This document shows, one piece after another, positions 29,334-38,337 of a stretch of DNA of 64,000 nucleotides; position 1 is the stretch's first letter; each line of letters begins with the position of its first letter. A program made the position numbers and the translations under genes. The stretch lies in the IMG/VR virus record IMGVR_UViG_3300013126_001527, positions 26,896 to 90,895 of that record, one strand, 5' to 3'. Source of the stretch: a virus. The notes below the pieces were generated by a model that was not told the DNA's origin, searched no databases, and saw only the letters and a list, made by a program, of their open reading frames with translations.

Positions 29334-29873
29334 ATGAAAGCACAAGAATTAATTAGAGCAACAGCAAACACCAAAATCTACTTGGACATGGATGGCGTTC
29401 TTGCTGACTTCTTTGCAGAATACGCAAAACTGGCCGGAGTTAAGTCTGGCAAATACCGAGATATTCCACCTGCTAGTCAAGACCCAACATTAAACAAGAT
29501 GGTTGGCACAGACTTTTTCTATAGATTACCAAAGTTCAGCACTGCTGACAATTTAATTCAGCTGGTCTTAAGTTATGCACCAACATACAACATTTGCAGT
29601 AGTCCCCTGCGTGGCGATCATGCTAACAGTGAGCAGTGGAAACGCGAGTGGATTAAAAAGCACTTAAGTCCGCAACCTAAAGAAATAATTATTACAGGTA
29701 TGAAAGAACGCCATGCTGTTAACGCTGGTGGCAGCCCTAATATCTTAATCGATGATCGAGGCAGTAATATTCTTAAATGGCAAGCTCGCGGAGGTATTGG
29801 TATCAAATATCAAGCAGACGAAGATAGTCTAGACAAAGTAGCAAAAGGATTAATGTTAGCATATGGTTACTAA
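29334..29873 (+). CDS. HAD-family 5'(3')-deoxyribonucleotidase-like protein
   Basis: YLDMDGVLADF, SSP, LIDDR motifs; leader MKAQELI. Confidence 0.85.
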   Translation: MKAQELIRATANTKIYLDMDGVLADFFAEYAKLAGVKSGKYRDIPPASQDPTLNKMVGTDFFYRLPKFSTADNLIQLVLSYAPTYNICSSPLRGDHANSEQWKREWIKKHLSPQPKEIIITGMKERHAVNAGGSPNILIDDRGSNILKWQARGGIGIKYQADEDSLDKVAKGLMLAYGY

Positions 29874-30597
29874 ACTATTAGAAGGTGGTAATATTTTTAA
29901 AACAGCAGATGGTCAACCTGCCACTACACGTATTGCTCGAGATAATGTTGTACCCACAGTGCAATGGTTAGAACAACTCACTGGATTAAATCTTGTAGAC
30001 AATATGCTAGGATCAACTAGTCGCAAAGAAACAAGTGGTGACTTAGACCTAGGTGTAGATAGTACTAAAATTTCTAAAGAAGTATTAATACAGCAACTAC
30101 TTCGTCAAGGTATTCCGCAGACAGATATACGTAAAACAGGTGACAGCGTGCATCTAAAAACTCCTATCTTAGGTGATCCAAGTAACGGATATGTACAAAC
30201 TGACTTTATGTTCAGCGACAACCCACAGTTCCAAAGTTTTAGCTATGCTGGCACTGGCGCAGGCGAGTTCAAAGGTGTGCATCGTAACATCTTGCTGGCC
30301 AGCATTGCCAAAGCACTAGACATGAAATGGAGCCCAAAATTTGGTTTGGTCAACCGAGAAACTAACGAAGTAATTAGCAACAATCCTCAAGAAATAGCTA
30401 AAACTTTAGTCAACGGTACTGTGCAGGATTTGGCATCAGTTGAAACTATAGTAAATAAGATAAAGAACCAAGCAAACTACGAACAACTTGTAGCAGACGC
30501 AAGGGAATATTTTGCTCGTGATAATTTAGTATTGCCAGAGTCGGCACCATTACCAGGCACCGGTGCCTGGTTTAGATTGTGGAAGGATCAACTATGA
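29863..30597 (+). CDS. Pol-beta-fold nucleotidyltransferase-like protein
   Basis: LGS...SGDLDL...VQTDFM triad; leader ending LLE-GGNIF. Confidence 0.55.
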   Translation: MVTKLLEGGNIFKTADGQPATTRIARDNVVPTVQWLEQLTGLNLVDNMLGSTSRKETSGDLDLGVDSTKISKEVLIQQLLRQGIPQTDIRKTGDSVHLKTPILGDPSNGYVQTDFMFSDNPQFQSFSYAGTGAGEFKGVHRNILLASIAKALDMKWSPKFGLVNRETNEVISNNPQEIAKTLVNGTVQDLASVETIVNKIKNQANYEQLVADAREYFARDNLVLPESAPLPGTGAWFRLWKDQL

Positions 30598-31934
30598 GAG
30601 CACGTCAGTTTATATTAGAATACAGCAGAGAAAAGACTGCCACGGTCTTTGGTAATAAACTCGTCGCTGCTGTAAGCAAAGATAAAAGTCATGATACCGC
30701 TATAGGTAAAATACGTGCTTTTATTGATCAAAAGACCAAAGTTGGCAGCGGTATTGAGCCAGAACAGCGTCAACAGATCTTAGATCAGGTCATGGCCATG
30801 TTAGAGTCAGCTGATCCTACCGCTAATAAAGAATATGTACAATGGTTAGCCAAAGTCTACGCCAACGAAGGCGTTATGATGGAAGACCTTGTGAGTAAGA
30901 CTACAGAATGGTTACAAAAGTACGACCTGTACAAAAAGAAAAAGTTCTTTAAAGACAGCGATGCTAAATTGGCCAACATCATGAACTTGTCGTGGCGGGA
31001 CCTATGGGACATCAGTATACGTGCTGACTTTCAAATGCGTGTCCAACAAGCAGAAGAAAAAGCCATGCCCAAGGGCAACGCTGAGCAGGTCTACGAAAAC
31101 GATAAGGTTCGCATTATTATTCCTAAAGATAAAGAAGCTGCCTGCTACTATGGACAGGGTACCACATGGTGTACAGCCAGTACACAAAGTACTAACTATT
31201 TTAACAGCTACAGCAAAGACGGTCCCTTGTATATTCTACTGCCTAAACAGCCCCAGTATGAAGGTGAGAAGTATCAACTACACTTCCCTAGTGGCCAGTT
31301 CATGGATGAGCAGGATCGCAACGTAGATGATATTATAGAACTATTAGACATGCGTTTTGGCAATCTAGTAGACTTCTTCCGTGAGCGTGAACCGCAGATC
31401 AACGATTGGCTGGTGTTTACTCCAGATGAAATACTAGAACCTTTGATCGCTAAGATTAAAACCGCAGTCAACGATCATGTACATGAAAAGGTCAACGAAT
31501 GGGAAGTAGAAGACGACTACTGGTGGGAGTATTTACGTAAACAAGGTTACGTATACCCAGAAGGGCATGAAGAAGAAGGTGGCATTGATTGGGATGCCGT
31601 AGCAGATGCTGACGAAAGTTATACCAGTTGGAACTACGAAGCCAGTGACTACATTAGTAGAATAGTTGGTGCTGTGGATCTATCTCCACAGGAAGTACGC
31701 AATCTAGCAGAGGAAGTAGGTCGTGAATGGGGTGCTGATACCCAGGGCATTGATGACCTAGATAAAATTATGGCCTATGCTATTGAACAGACTAACAACC
31801 GCAACGAGGGTGATGGTGGCGTAGCAGAGTGGATCAATGATCACATCTACATTAAGAAACGTGACGGCCAATGGGATGTCAGCTTGTTGTACACAAACAA
31901 AGACGGCAAGCGTACAGAGTACCCAATACATTAA
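30594..31934 (+). CDS. Probable head-internal protein with acidic C-terminal domain
   Basis: Start MRARQFILE at 30594; ACYYGQGTTWCTA, GPLYIL, KYQLHF core. Confidence 0.7.
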   Translation: MRARQFILEYSREKTATVFGNKLVAAVSKDKSHDTAIGKIRAFIDQKTKVGSGIEPEQRQQILDQVMAMLESADPTANKEYVQWLAKVYANEGVMMEDLVSKTTEWLQKYDLYKKKKFFKDSDAKLANIMNLSWRDLWDISIRADFQMRVQQAEEKAMPKGNAEQVYENDKVRIIIPKDKEAACYYGQGTTWCTASTQSTNYFNSYSKDGPLYILLPKQPQYEGEKYQLHFPSGQFMDEQDRNVDDIIELLDMRFGNLVDFFREREPQINDWLVFTPDEILEPLIAKIKTAVNDHVHEKVNEWEVEDDYWWEYLRKQGYVYPEGHEEEGGIDWDAVADADESYTSWNYEASDYISRIVGAVDLSPQEVRNLAEEVGREWGADTQGIDDLDKIMAYAIEQTNNRNEGDGGVAEWINDHIYIKKRDGQWDVSLLYTNKDGKRTEYPIH

Positions 31935-31935
31935 T

Positions 31936-32385
31936 ATGAGAGCTGAAGAGTTTAATACAAGCAAATTTAATTGGGCAGACTACGCTGATATGCCTACTAA
32001 AGATAAACTTGAACTAATCGAAAGTCTGTACTCGGGATCGAAAAATTTATTTGAGTCCAACGACGCTGAACAAGTTGATTATTTTTTTAATTTACGGGCC
32101 ATGTCTGATCCTGTTGAATTAGACCAAACCTATATTGTAAACTTTCTAGGTTTAATAAACAATCGTGTTTTAACATTACAAGATCCGTTTGTAGGCAAAG
32201 TATTACAACAAGTTGAAGATCAGTTTGAGATTGAATTACCTGACGGTAGAACTGCTATGTTCCCAGACAAATCACTCAGCGATAAGATGGCTACTTCTAT
32301 GTTTTTCTTTGCTGGAAATGTATCGTACGACAAATTTAGAACAACAGTTAAATTAAAATTTAGCAAGGATTTACCAAAGATTTAA
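31936..32385 (+). CDS. Hypothetical protein with capsid-targeting-like leader
   Basis: Start MRAEEF at 31936, immediately after the previous stop. Confidence 0.65.
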   Translation: MRAEEFNTSKFNWADYADMPTKDKLELIESLYSGSKNLFESNDAEQVDYFFNLRAMSDPVELDQTYIVNFLGLINNRVLTLQDPFVGKVLQQVEDQFEIELPDGRTAMFPDKSLSDKMATSMFFFAGNVSYDKFRTTVKLKFSKDLPKI

Positions 32386-32387
32386 AG

Positions 32388-32465
32388 AACACCACCTTAG
32401 GACCTGTTATTCGTAACGGTACGGTGTTGGCGGCTGCTGCCATGGAGGGATGCCAAAAGTGAGCA
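32388..32465 (+). ncRNA. Candidate structured RNA, family unknown
   Basis: GC-rich intergenic segment: AACACC/GGTGTT outer stem, ACC-GTTA-TTCG-TAAC-GGT inner hairpin, TGGCGG/CTGCCA hairpin. Confidence 0.45.
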
Positions 32466-32474
32466 CAGGATATT

Positions 32475-33641
32475 ATGAGAGCACGTGATTTTATTAAAGA
32501 ACTAAGACGAAATCCAGAACAAAATGTTCGCGTGTCTGGTTGGGATCAATTTGTTCAAATATACAATCAACACAAACAACAAGGCAACCCCAGCAACTTA
32601 TATATCAGCCTAACTGAATTAGAAAAGTTGGGCATTAATCCATTAAGTGAACACGAAACACCAAATGGTGTTTATGCTTATCCTGCAGACTATGTAATCA
32701 AAACTAAAAGTTTTGAGGACTTGCCCTATGCTGGTGATCAAAAATGGGTAAATGTGTTTACAGTTACTCCAGAAGCTAATATTCTTAAAGTTGATACCGT
32801 GGGTTCAGATGAAGTTAAAGAATACTTAAAACGATTAGTCACTGCATACCCAGAACGAGCAGATGAAATTAAACAATTTGCTAAATCAGCTCCTAAGGAA
32901 GCATTTGCCAACGATGGATGGGATGATATTCCTAATCGCAAAAAACTCAAAAAACTGCCTGGTGCTCAACTATGGTATATAACCTTTGAGTTGAGCGAAT
33001 ATGACTCCAATCTTTGGAACAAACTGTTTAGAGTTATGGGCATTGATGGCGTAGCGGATTCTGGCATGGGCATTATCCATCATATGGAACCTGTTCAAGC
33101 CGTGTTCTTTAATCCTAAGGCAATTAAGATGATTGGCAGATTCCCAAACTCTGCCGCTCCAACAGAAAAGTCTATAACTAACCGTCGCAAAGAAGGGCAA
33201 CAGCAAACTCAGACTAAACGAAATCTTAACTCAATGAGCGAACGAGATCAAATTGAGTGGATGAATAGAAACCACTACCACGAACACTTTAGATATATCA
33301 GAAACCCATCACCTAAAGTCCAAAAAGCAGCTATTAAATTAGACCCAAGAAATATTTTATGGATTAAAAATCCAAGCCCAGAGTTATTAATGTATGCTGT
33401 TAAGAAGGAACCGCATCTATTAGATCATTTCAAAAATCAAACATTTGAATTACAGATGGCTGCTATAGGTAAAGATTGGTCTAACATTGAATACTTAGAT
33501 CATCCTTTGCCGCAGACAGTTCAACAGGTTATGAGCATGATACCTCGCAAAGAGTTAGAACAACTATATCAAGATCAAATTGAATATATTGAAAACGGGT
33601 GGGGAAATCCTCCTTATTCTTGGTTACCTCCTCTTAGATAA
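32475..33641 (+). CDS. Probable head-internal protein: ADP-ribosyltransferase-like core plus helical repeats
   Basis: Leader MRARDFIKE; TPNGVYAYP; GIDGVAD.G.GIIH..EPVQAVFFNP; C-terminal I.NPSP..Q..A repeats. Confidence 0.5.
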   Translation: MRARDFIKELRRNPEQNVRVSGWDQFVQIYNQHKQQGNPSNLYISLTELEKLGINPLSEHETPNGVYAYPADYVIKTKSFEDLPYAGDQKWVNVFTVTPEANILKVDTVGSDEVKEYLKRLVTAYPERADEIKQFAKSAPKEAFANDGWDDIPNRKKLKKLPGAQLWYITFELSEYDSNLWNKLFRVMGIDGVADSGMGIIHHMEPVQAVFFNPKAIKMIGRFPNSAAPTEKSITNRRKEGQQQTQTKRNLNSMSERDQIEWMNRNHYHEHFRYIRNPSPKVQKAAIKLDPRNILWIKNPSPELLMYAVKKEPHLLDHFKNQTFELQMAAIGKDWSNIEYLDHPLPQTVQQVMSMIPRKELEQLYQDQIEYIENGWGNPPYSWLPPLR

Positions 33642-33650
33642 ATACTAATT

Positions 33651-36581
33651 ATGCGATACGAACAAATCAAACCCCTATTAGACGAAGCTGTACTTGACGA
33701 AGTCAAGATGAGCCCTAGTGCTCTACAAAAATTTGCCAACAGTCCAGAAGCAGAAGGTATGCTTATGGGTATAGAATTTGAAATGTGCGTGCCAAATGTT
33801 GCTGTAGATGACGACAGTGGCGACGGCGAATATGACTATGACATGGACGAACGTTGTTACAGCATAGATGATATTATAGAATTCTTCCGTAACGGTGAAA
33901 TGTCAAACTTAGGTTCCAGCAGTGCTCAACGCCTACGCGAAAAGATGTGGGACGAATACCTAGACTGGACTAGTGATAAAATTGCAGACAATCTAGACAC
34001 AGACGAATTGAATGAACGTGTTCGTAATCGTTTACGTGATGACATAGACTGGGAAGATTACGTTGATGATGCTCGTGAAGAACTAGGCGACGAAGTTCCT
34101 GACGATAAAGTAGAAGAACGGGCTAAAGAACTAGCAGAAGAAGCATTAGATAATGAAATGAGTGATGCTAGTAGTCGCAACTACCAATATTACTACGACG
34201 AAATACGCCAAGAGATGGAAGATGAAATGCGTGAAGATGCGGACTACGATCAAGAAGCGTGGTTGCGTGACATTGGCGTAGATTACATGAGCGACGCAGA
34301 ACGTGAATGGAGCTTAGATTGGCCACACTGGAGTTACTATGGTAGCGACGGTGAAATGGATGTAGAAAGTGTAGGTGACGAGTTTGGTCGTAGTATGGGC
34401 TTAGAATACGTAAACACATCAAACAACTACCACGGTGCTCGTCGTGATGGTAAAAACTGGATTGTAGAGCCAGATAGTTCAATTGACGCAGATTCAGGCG
34501 ATGGTGGTTTAGAGTTTGTTAGTCCTCCTATGCCAATCAAAGACGGTTTAGAAATGCTACAAAAAATGTACAAGTGGGCCAAGGATAACGGTTGTTATAC
34601 TAACAAGTCAACTGGCCTACACATGAACATTAGCGTTCCAGATATGACCATTGAAAAACTGGACTATGTTAAACTAGCCCTGTTCATGGGCGACGAACAT
34701 GTGCTTAAACAGTTTGGTCGTCAATATAACAGCTATGCTAAGAGTGCTATGAGTAAGATTAAGGACCGTATTCGTCCAGAAGATGTTCCGCACGTACTAG
34801 CACAAATGAAGCAACACCTAAACAGTCTAGCCAGTAAAACCATACACAGTGGTATTACAGACAAATACACTAGTATCAACACCAAAGACAACTATGTAGA
34901 ATTCCGCGGCCCAGGTGGCGACTACTTGGATATGAATCCATTTGAGGTTACTAACACAGTCCTACGTCTGGCTATGAGCCTGCGTATTGCTACCAATCCA
35001 GAAGCATACAAACAAGAGTATGCTAAGAAACTATACAAATTAGTAGAACAAGACGGTGACTGGACTGACCCCAATAACTCAGTGGCTCTATTCAGTCGTT
35101 ATGCTCTAGGCGAAATTAACAAAGACGAATTAGTCAGTAATGTACGTCAGGCACAGGTAGCACGTAAAGAGAAGAAAGGCGAAGAACTACAGTTCTGGGT
35201 CATGAACAAAGACGGCACGGGCGGCAAGCAGTTAGTGTTTGCTCAAAGTGAAACAGAAGCCATTATCAAAGGTGGCAAGCAGATGGGCATGAACCGTGAG
35301 AAGAGTATTAGCACGCTCAAAGCTGAGGTAAAATCTGCGCCTATTGATTTAGAAGGCATGAGCAAGGAAGAGTACTATCGTCAGGTCAACGATTTACCTA
35401 CATACACATTAGAACAATTTGTCAATGAGATTAAAAAACGAGAACTCAGTACATTAGAAAAAGCTCTAGACACTGTTAAGAATCGTAGCATGAGTGGCGA
35501 CTTAAGTGCTACTAACTACGAGTTCCTACAGGCAGTTATTGAGCGTGAAATTGCTCGTCGCAGTCTACCAGTTGATGACGGTGAGATGACACAGTGGAGA
35601 GTACATATTACTCAAGGACCACACGCAGGTGTATCTACAATTATCAACGCACCAACACCACGTAATGCCAAGGTAGCGGCACAGGCTATATTCCGTAGTC
35701 AATTAAATGACGCATTTATAGATTACGACTATTTAGAAGCAAGAGAATATACTTTAGCAAGTAGATTACAAGTAGGTACACCAGAACCAGCAAATGCTCA
35801 AGAAATATACGACAGTTTACCTAACACTTATAAAGCATGGTTAGATGGGTTAGAAGCAGGCGAATCCAGTGTAATACAAACTGTAATAGACAGTGTTGCC
35901 AACGATACAGGGGCAAATGCTCAGGCATTAAACATAGAACAACGTGATTTAATTATCAGTAGAGCGCAGGCAGAACTACGTCGTCGTGGGCAAGCAACTC
36001 AAAGTAGCGAAGAAGAAATGACCCGCCCATGGCACGTATGGTTAGCAAATATACAGGATCATACAGATGATCAACTGCGTAATGCTCGACATGTCATGGC
36101 AGTTGGCCGAAATGAACCAGGTGCTCGTGGTGCTAGACTAACTGATCGTCAACGTCAGGCTATTGTAGATGAGATTGATGATGAGTTCCGCCGCAGATTA
36201 GCTAGAAGTATTGAACGCGGTGAACAAGCTCGTGCGGCACAGCAAGGTGATATTATAGCACCAGGACTAGGCGAGGTGGACCCGTTGGCGGCACAACAAG
36301 CAGAATTAATCAACCGTGATGATCCTGTTACATCAAACGATCCTGAAGCTGATAGTCCATTAGAGGTGCCAGGACAAGGTACGCAAGAGTTTCAGATTGT
36401 AAATCCACACACAGGATCTATTGTAGCAGTAATACGTCAGGCTACCCTAGATCACGCTGTAAGTAAAGCACGTCAATGGGAACAAGACCTAGGCTTATCA
36501 GCAGGTGACTTAGAAGTTCGTCAAATTGGCGAAACTAACGAAAGTATTAATCAATTACGCAAATTAGCAGGCATTAAATAA
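33651..36581 (+). CDS. Amidoligase (COOH-NH2 ligase superfamily) with acidic insert and C-terminal repeats
   Basis: GIEFE, DSSI, GLEFVSPP, TGLHMNIS, KYTSIN, VEFRGPGG; C-terminal LRKLAGIK. Confidence 0.75.
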   Translation: MRYEQIKPLLDEAVLDEVKMSPSALQKFANSPEAEGMLMGIEFEMCVPNVAVDDDSGDGEYDYDMDERCYSIDDIIEFFRNGEMSNLGSSSAQRLREKMWDEYLDWTSDKIADNLDTDELNERVRNRLRDDIDWEDYVDDAREELGDEVPDDKVEERAKELAEEALDNEMSDASSRNYQYYYDEIRQEMEDEMREDADYDQEAWLRDIGVDYMSDAEREWSLDWPHWSYYGSDGEMDVESVGDEFGRSMGLEYVNTSNNYHGARRDGKNWIVEPDSSIDADSGDGGLEFVSPPMPIKDGLEMLQKMYKWAKDNGCYTNKSTGLHMNISVPDMTIEKLDYVKLALFMGDEHVLKQFGRQYNSYAKSAMSKIKDRIRPEDVPHVLAQMKQHLNSLASKTIHSGITDKYTSINTKDNYVEFRGPGGDYLDMNPFEVTNTVLRLAMSLRIATNPEAYKQEYAKKLYKLVEQDGDWTDPNNSVALFSRYALGEINKDELVSNVRQAQVARKEKKGEELQFWVMNKDGTGGKQLVFAQSETEAIIKGGKQMGMNREKSISTLKAEVKSAPIDLEGMSKEEYYRQVNDLPTYTLEQFVNEIKKRELSTLEKALDTVKNRSMSGDLSATNYEFLQAVIEREIARRSLPVDDGEMTQWRVHITQGPHAGVSTIINAPTPRNAKVAAQAIFRSQLNDAFIDYDYLEAREYTLASRLQVGTPEPANAQEIYDSLPNTYKAWLDGLEAGESSVIQTVIDSVANDTGANAQALNIEQRDLIISRAQAELRRRGQATQSSEEEMTRPWHVWLANIQDHTDDQLRNARHVMAVGRNEPGARGARLTDRQRQAIVDEIDDEFRRRLARSIERGEQARAAQQGDIIAPGLGEVDPLAAQQAELINRDDPVTSNDPEADSPLEVPGQGTQEFQIVNPHTGSIVAVIRQATLDHAVSKARQWEQDLGLSAGDLEVRQIGETNESINQLRKLAGIK

Positions 36582-38329
36582 TGGCAAATACATTTTTAAG
36601 AAAAGTAAGCAGTAACGTTAGCACTGTAGAAACAGCCATTGGTAACTATACCGTTGGATCTAATGTTGGTGCGGTAGTAGTTGGTTTAAGTATTTCTAAT
36701 ACCAATTTATCCCAAGTTTATGCAAATGTTCTTATTAGTAATGGTATTACCGGACATCACATCATTAAAAATGGTACTATACCTGCACAGGGTGCGTTAA
36801 TAGTAGTTGGTGGAAGCCAAAAAATTATCCTACAAGAAGGGGATAGTATACAAGTATCTGCAACTGCAAATGTTGATGCAATTATGAATATCATGGAGAC
36901 TGATTCCATTGGAGTGAGTACTGATCCCGTTAGTTACTCCGTGACTGCAAACGTAAATGGAGTCAATGAAAATCAAGCCATTGGATATACTATCTCTACA
37001 CAAAATATAGCCAACAGCACAACATTATATTGGCAGTTAATTGGAAACGTAGTAGCTGCAGATTTCAGTGACAGTGTGACGTCTGGGATCGTTACTATTA
37101 GTAATAGTAGTGCAACTGTAGTGCGTCCGCTATACGAAGATTTGACCACAGAAGGCCCAGAGTGGGTACAACTGAAAGTGTACACTGATGCATCTTATGT
37201 AAATTTAGTTGCTAGTTCAGGTAACGTAACAGTTACAGATTCATCAACCAACCCACCACCATTGACTGAAGCTTATTATGCTGGTGCTTATTTCCCAGGA
37301 ATAACATCTAGCACTCCGGCCAATTCACAGAAAAATTCTTTTACACTATTGTCAAACATAGCTACAATATCTGCTAACGTAGGTGCATCAAGTGCTAGCT
37401 CTTATCATTTCACTTATATTAAAGACGATGATCAGTCATGGCGATACTATGCTCCAAACGGGCTAACCATCGGTACCACTGGCAATTATACTGTAGTGCA
37501 AGTTGGTTCCGGAACCTGGGACTATGTACATGTAGCATTTGATAGCGGACATATGTTTGGCATTAACACATCGGGAGAGTTGTATGCCTGCGGAGACAAC
37601 AATAACGGTCAATTGGGGCTTGGTGATACTACTAATAGAAATTACTCATCTGTCGCTAAAGTAGGTTCAGCAACTAACTGGACCAAAGTATGTGGAGCAA
37701 AATACGCTTCAATAGGGCTACGCAGCGATGGCACAATCTGGACGTGGGGTTTAAATTCAGGAGACCAAGCTGGACAATTAGGTGTTGGGGGTTCAACTGA
37801 CGTGACATCTCCAACTCAGGTAGGATCAGCGACCCATTGGGTTGATATCGCAGCTGCACCTAGTTACGGTACAGTATTCTATGCTCTTAAAAACGATGGT
37901 ACGTTATGGTATTGGGGAGATGCTAGTTATGGTGGCGGCCTAGGTCAAGGTGATATATTAGTTACTACACCTACACAAATTGGTAGTGCATCTAACTGGG
38001 CAAAAATTTATGGATCATACAGAAGTCTACGTGCTATTAAAACCAATGGTACATTATGGGGCGGATACAATGCAAGTAGCCCTTATGGCGGTTCATTCCA
38101 GCAAGTAGGTTCGGATACAGATTGGTCTATCACTGCTGGAGCAACATTCAATTGGCACGCTATTAAAACCAACGGAACCTTGTGGGCAATAAGCGTTTAT
38201 AACTTCTACGGGGCAGCAGGTACAGGCAATACCACTGATGTTCTAACTCCAACACAAATAGGCAGCGACACCAATTGGCGCAATCTTGCTCCAACTAGTC
38301 AATACTATGGCACTGTAGCTATTAAATAA
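36581..38329 (+). CDS. RCC1-repeat beta-propeller protein with virion-type N-terminal and Calx-like domains
   Basis: Repeats G.LW.WG.N..GQLG.G....P.Q(V/I)GS..W. Confidence 0.85.
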   Translation: MANTFLRKVSSNVSTVETAIGNYTVGSNVGAVVVGLSISNTNLSQVYANVLISNGITGHHIIKNGTIPAQGALIVVGGSQKIILQEGDSIQVSATANVDAIMNIMETDSIGVSTDPVSYSVTANVNGVNENQAIGYTISTQNIANSTTLYWQLIGNVVAADFSDSVTSGIVTISNSSATVVRPLYEDLTTEGPEWVQLKVYTDASYVNLVASSGNVTVTDSSTNPPPLTEAYYAGAYFPGITSSTPANSQKNSFTLLSNIATISANVGASSASSYHFTYIKDDDQSWRYYAPNGLTIGTTGNYTVVQVGSGTWDYVHVAFDSGHMFGINTSGELYACGDNNNGQLGLGDTTNRNYSSVAKVGSATNWTKVCGAKYASIGLRSDGTIWTWGLNSGDQAGQLGVGGSTDVTSPTQVGSATHWVDIAAAPSYGTVFYALKNDGTLWYWGDASYGGGLGQGDILVTTPTQIGSASNWAKIYGSYRSLRAIKTNGTLWGGYNASSPYGGSFQQVGSDTDWSITAGATFNWHAIKTNGTLWAISVYNFYGAAGTGNTTDVLTPTQIGSDTNWRNLAPTSQYYGTVAIK

Positions 38330-38337
38330 ATACTATC

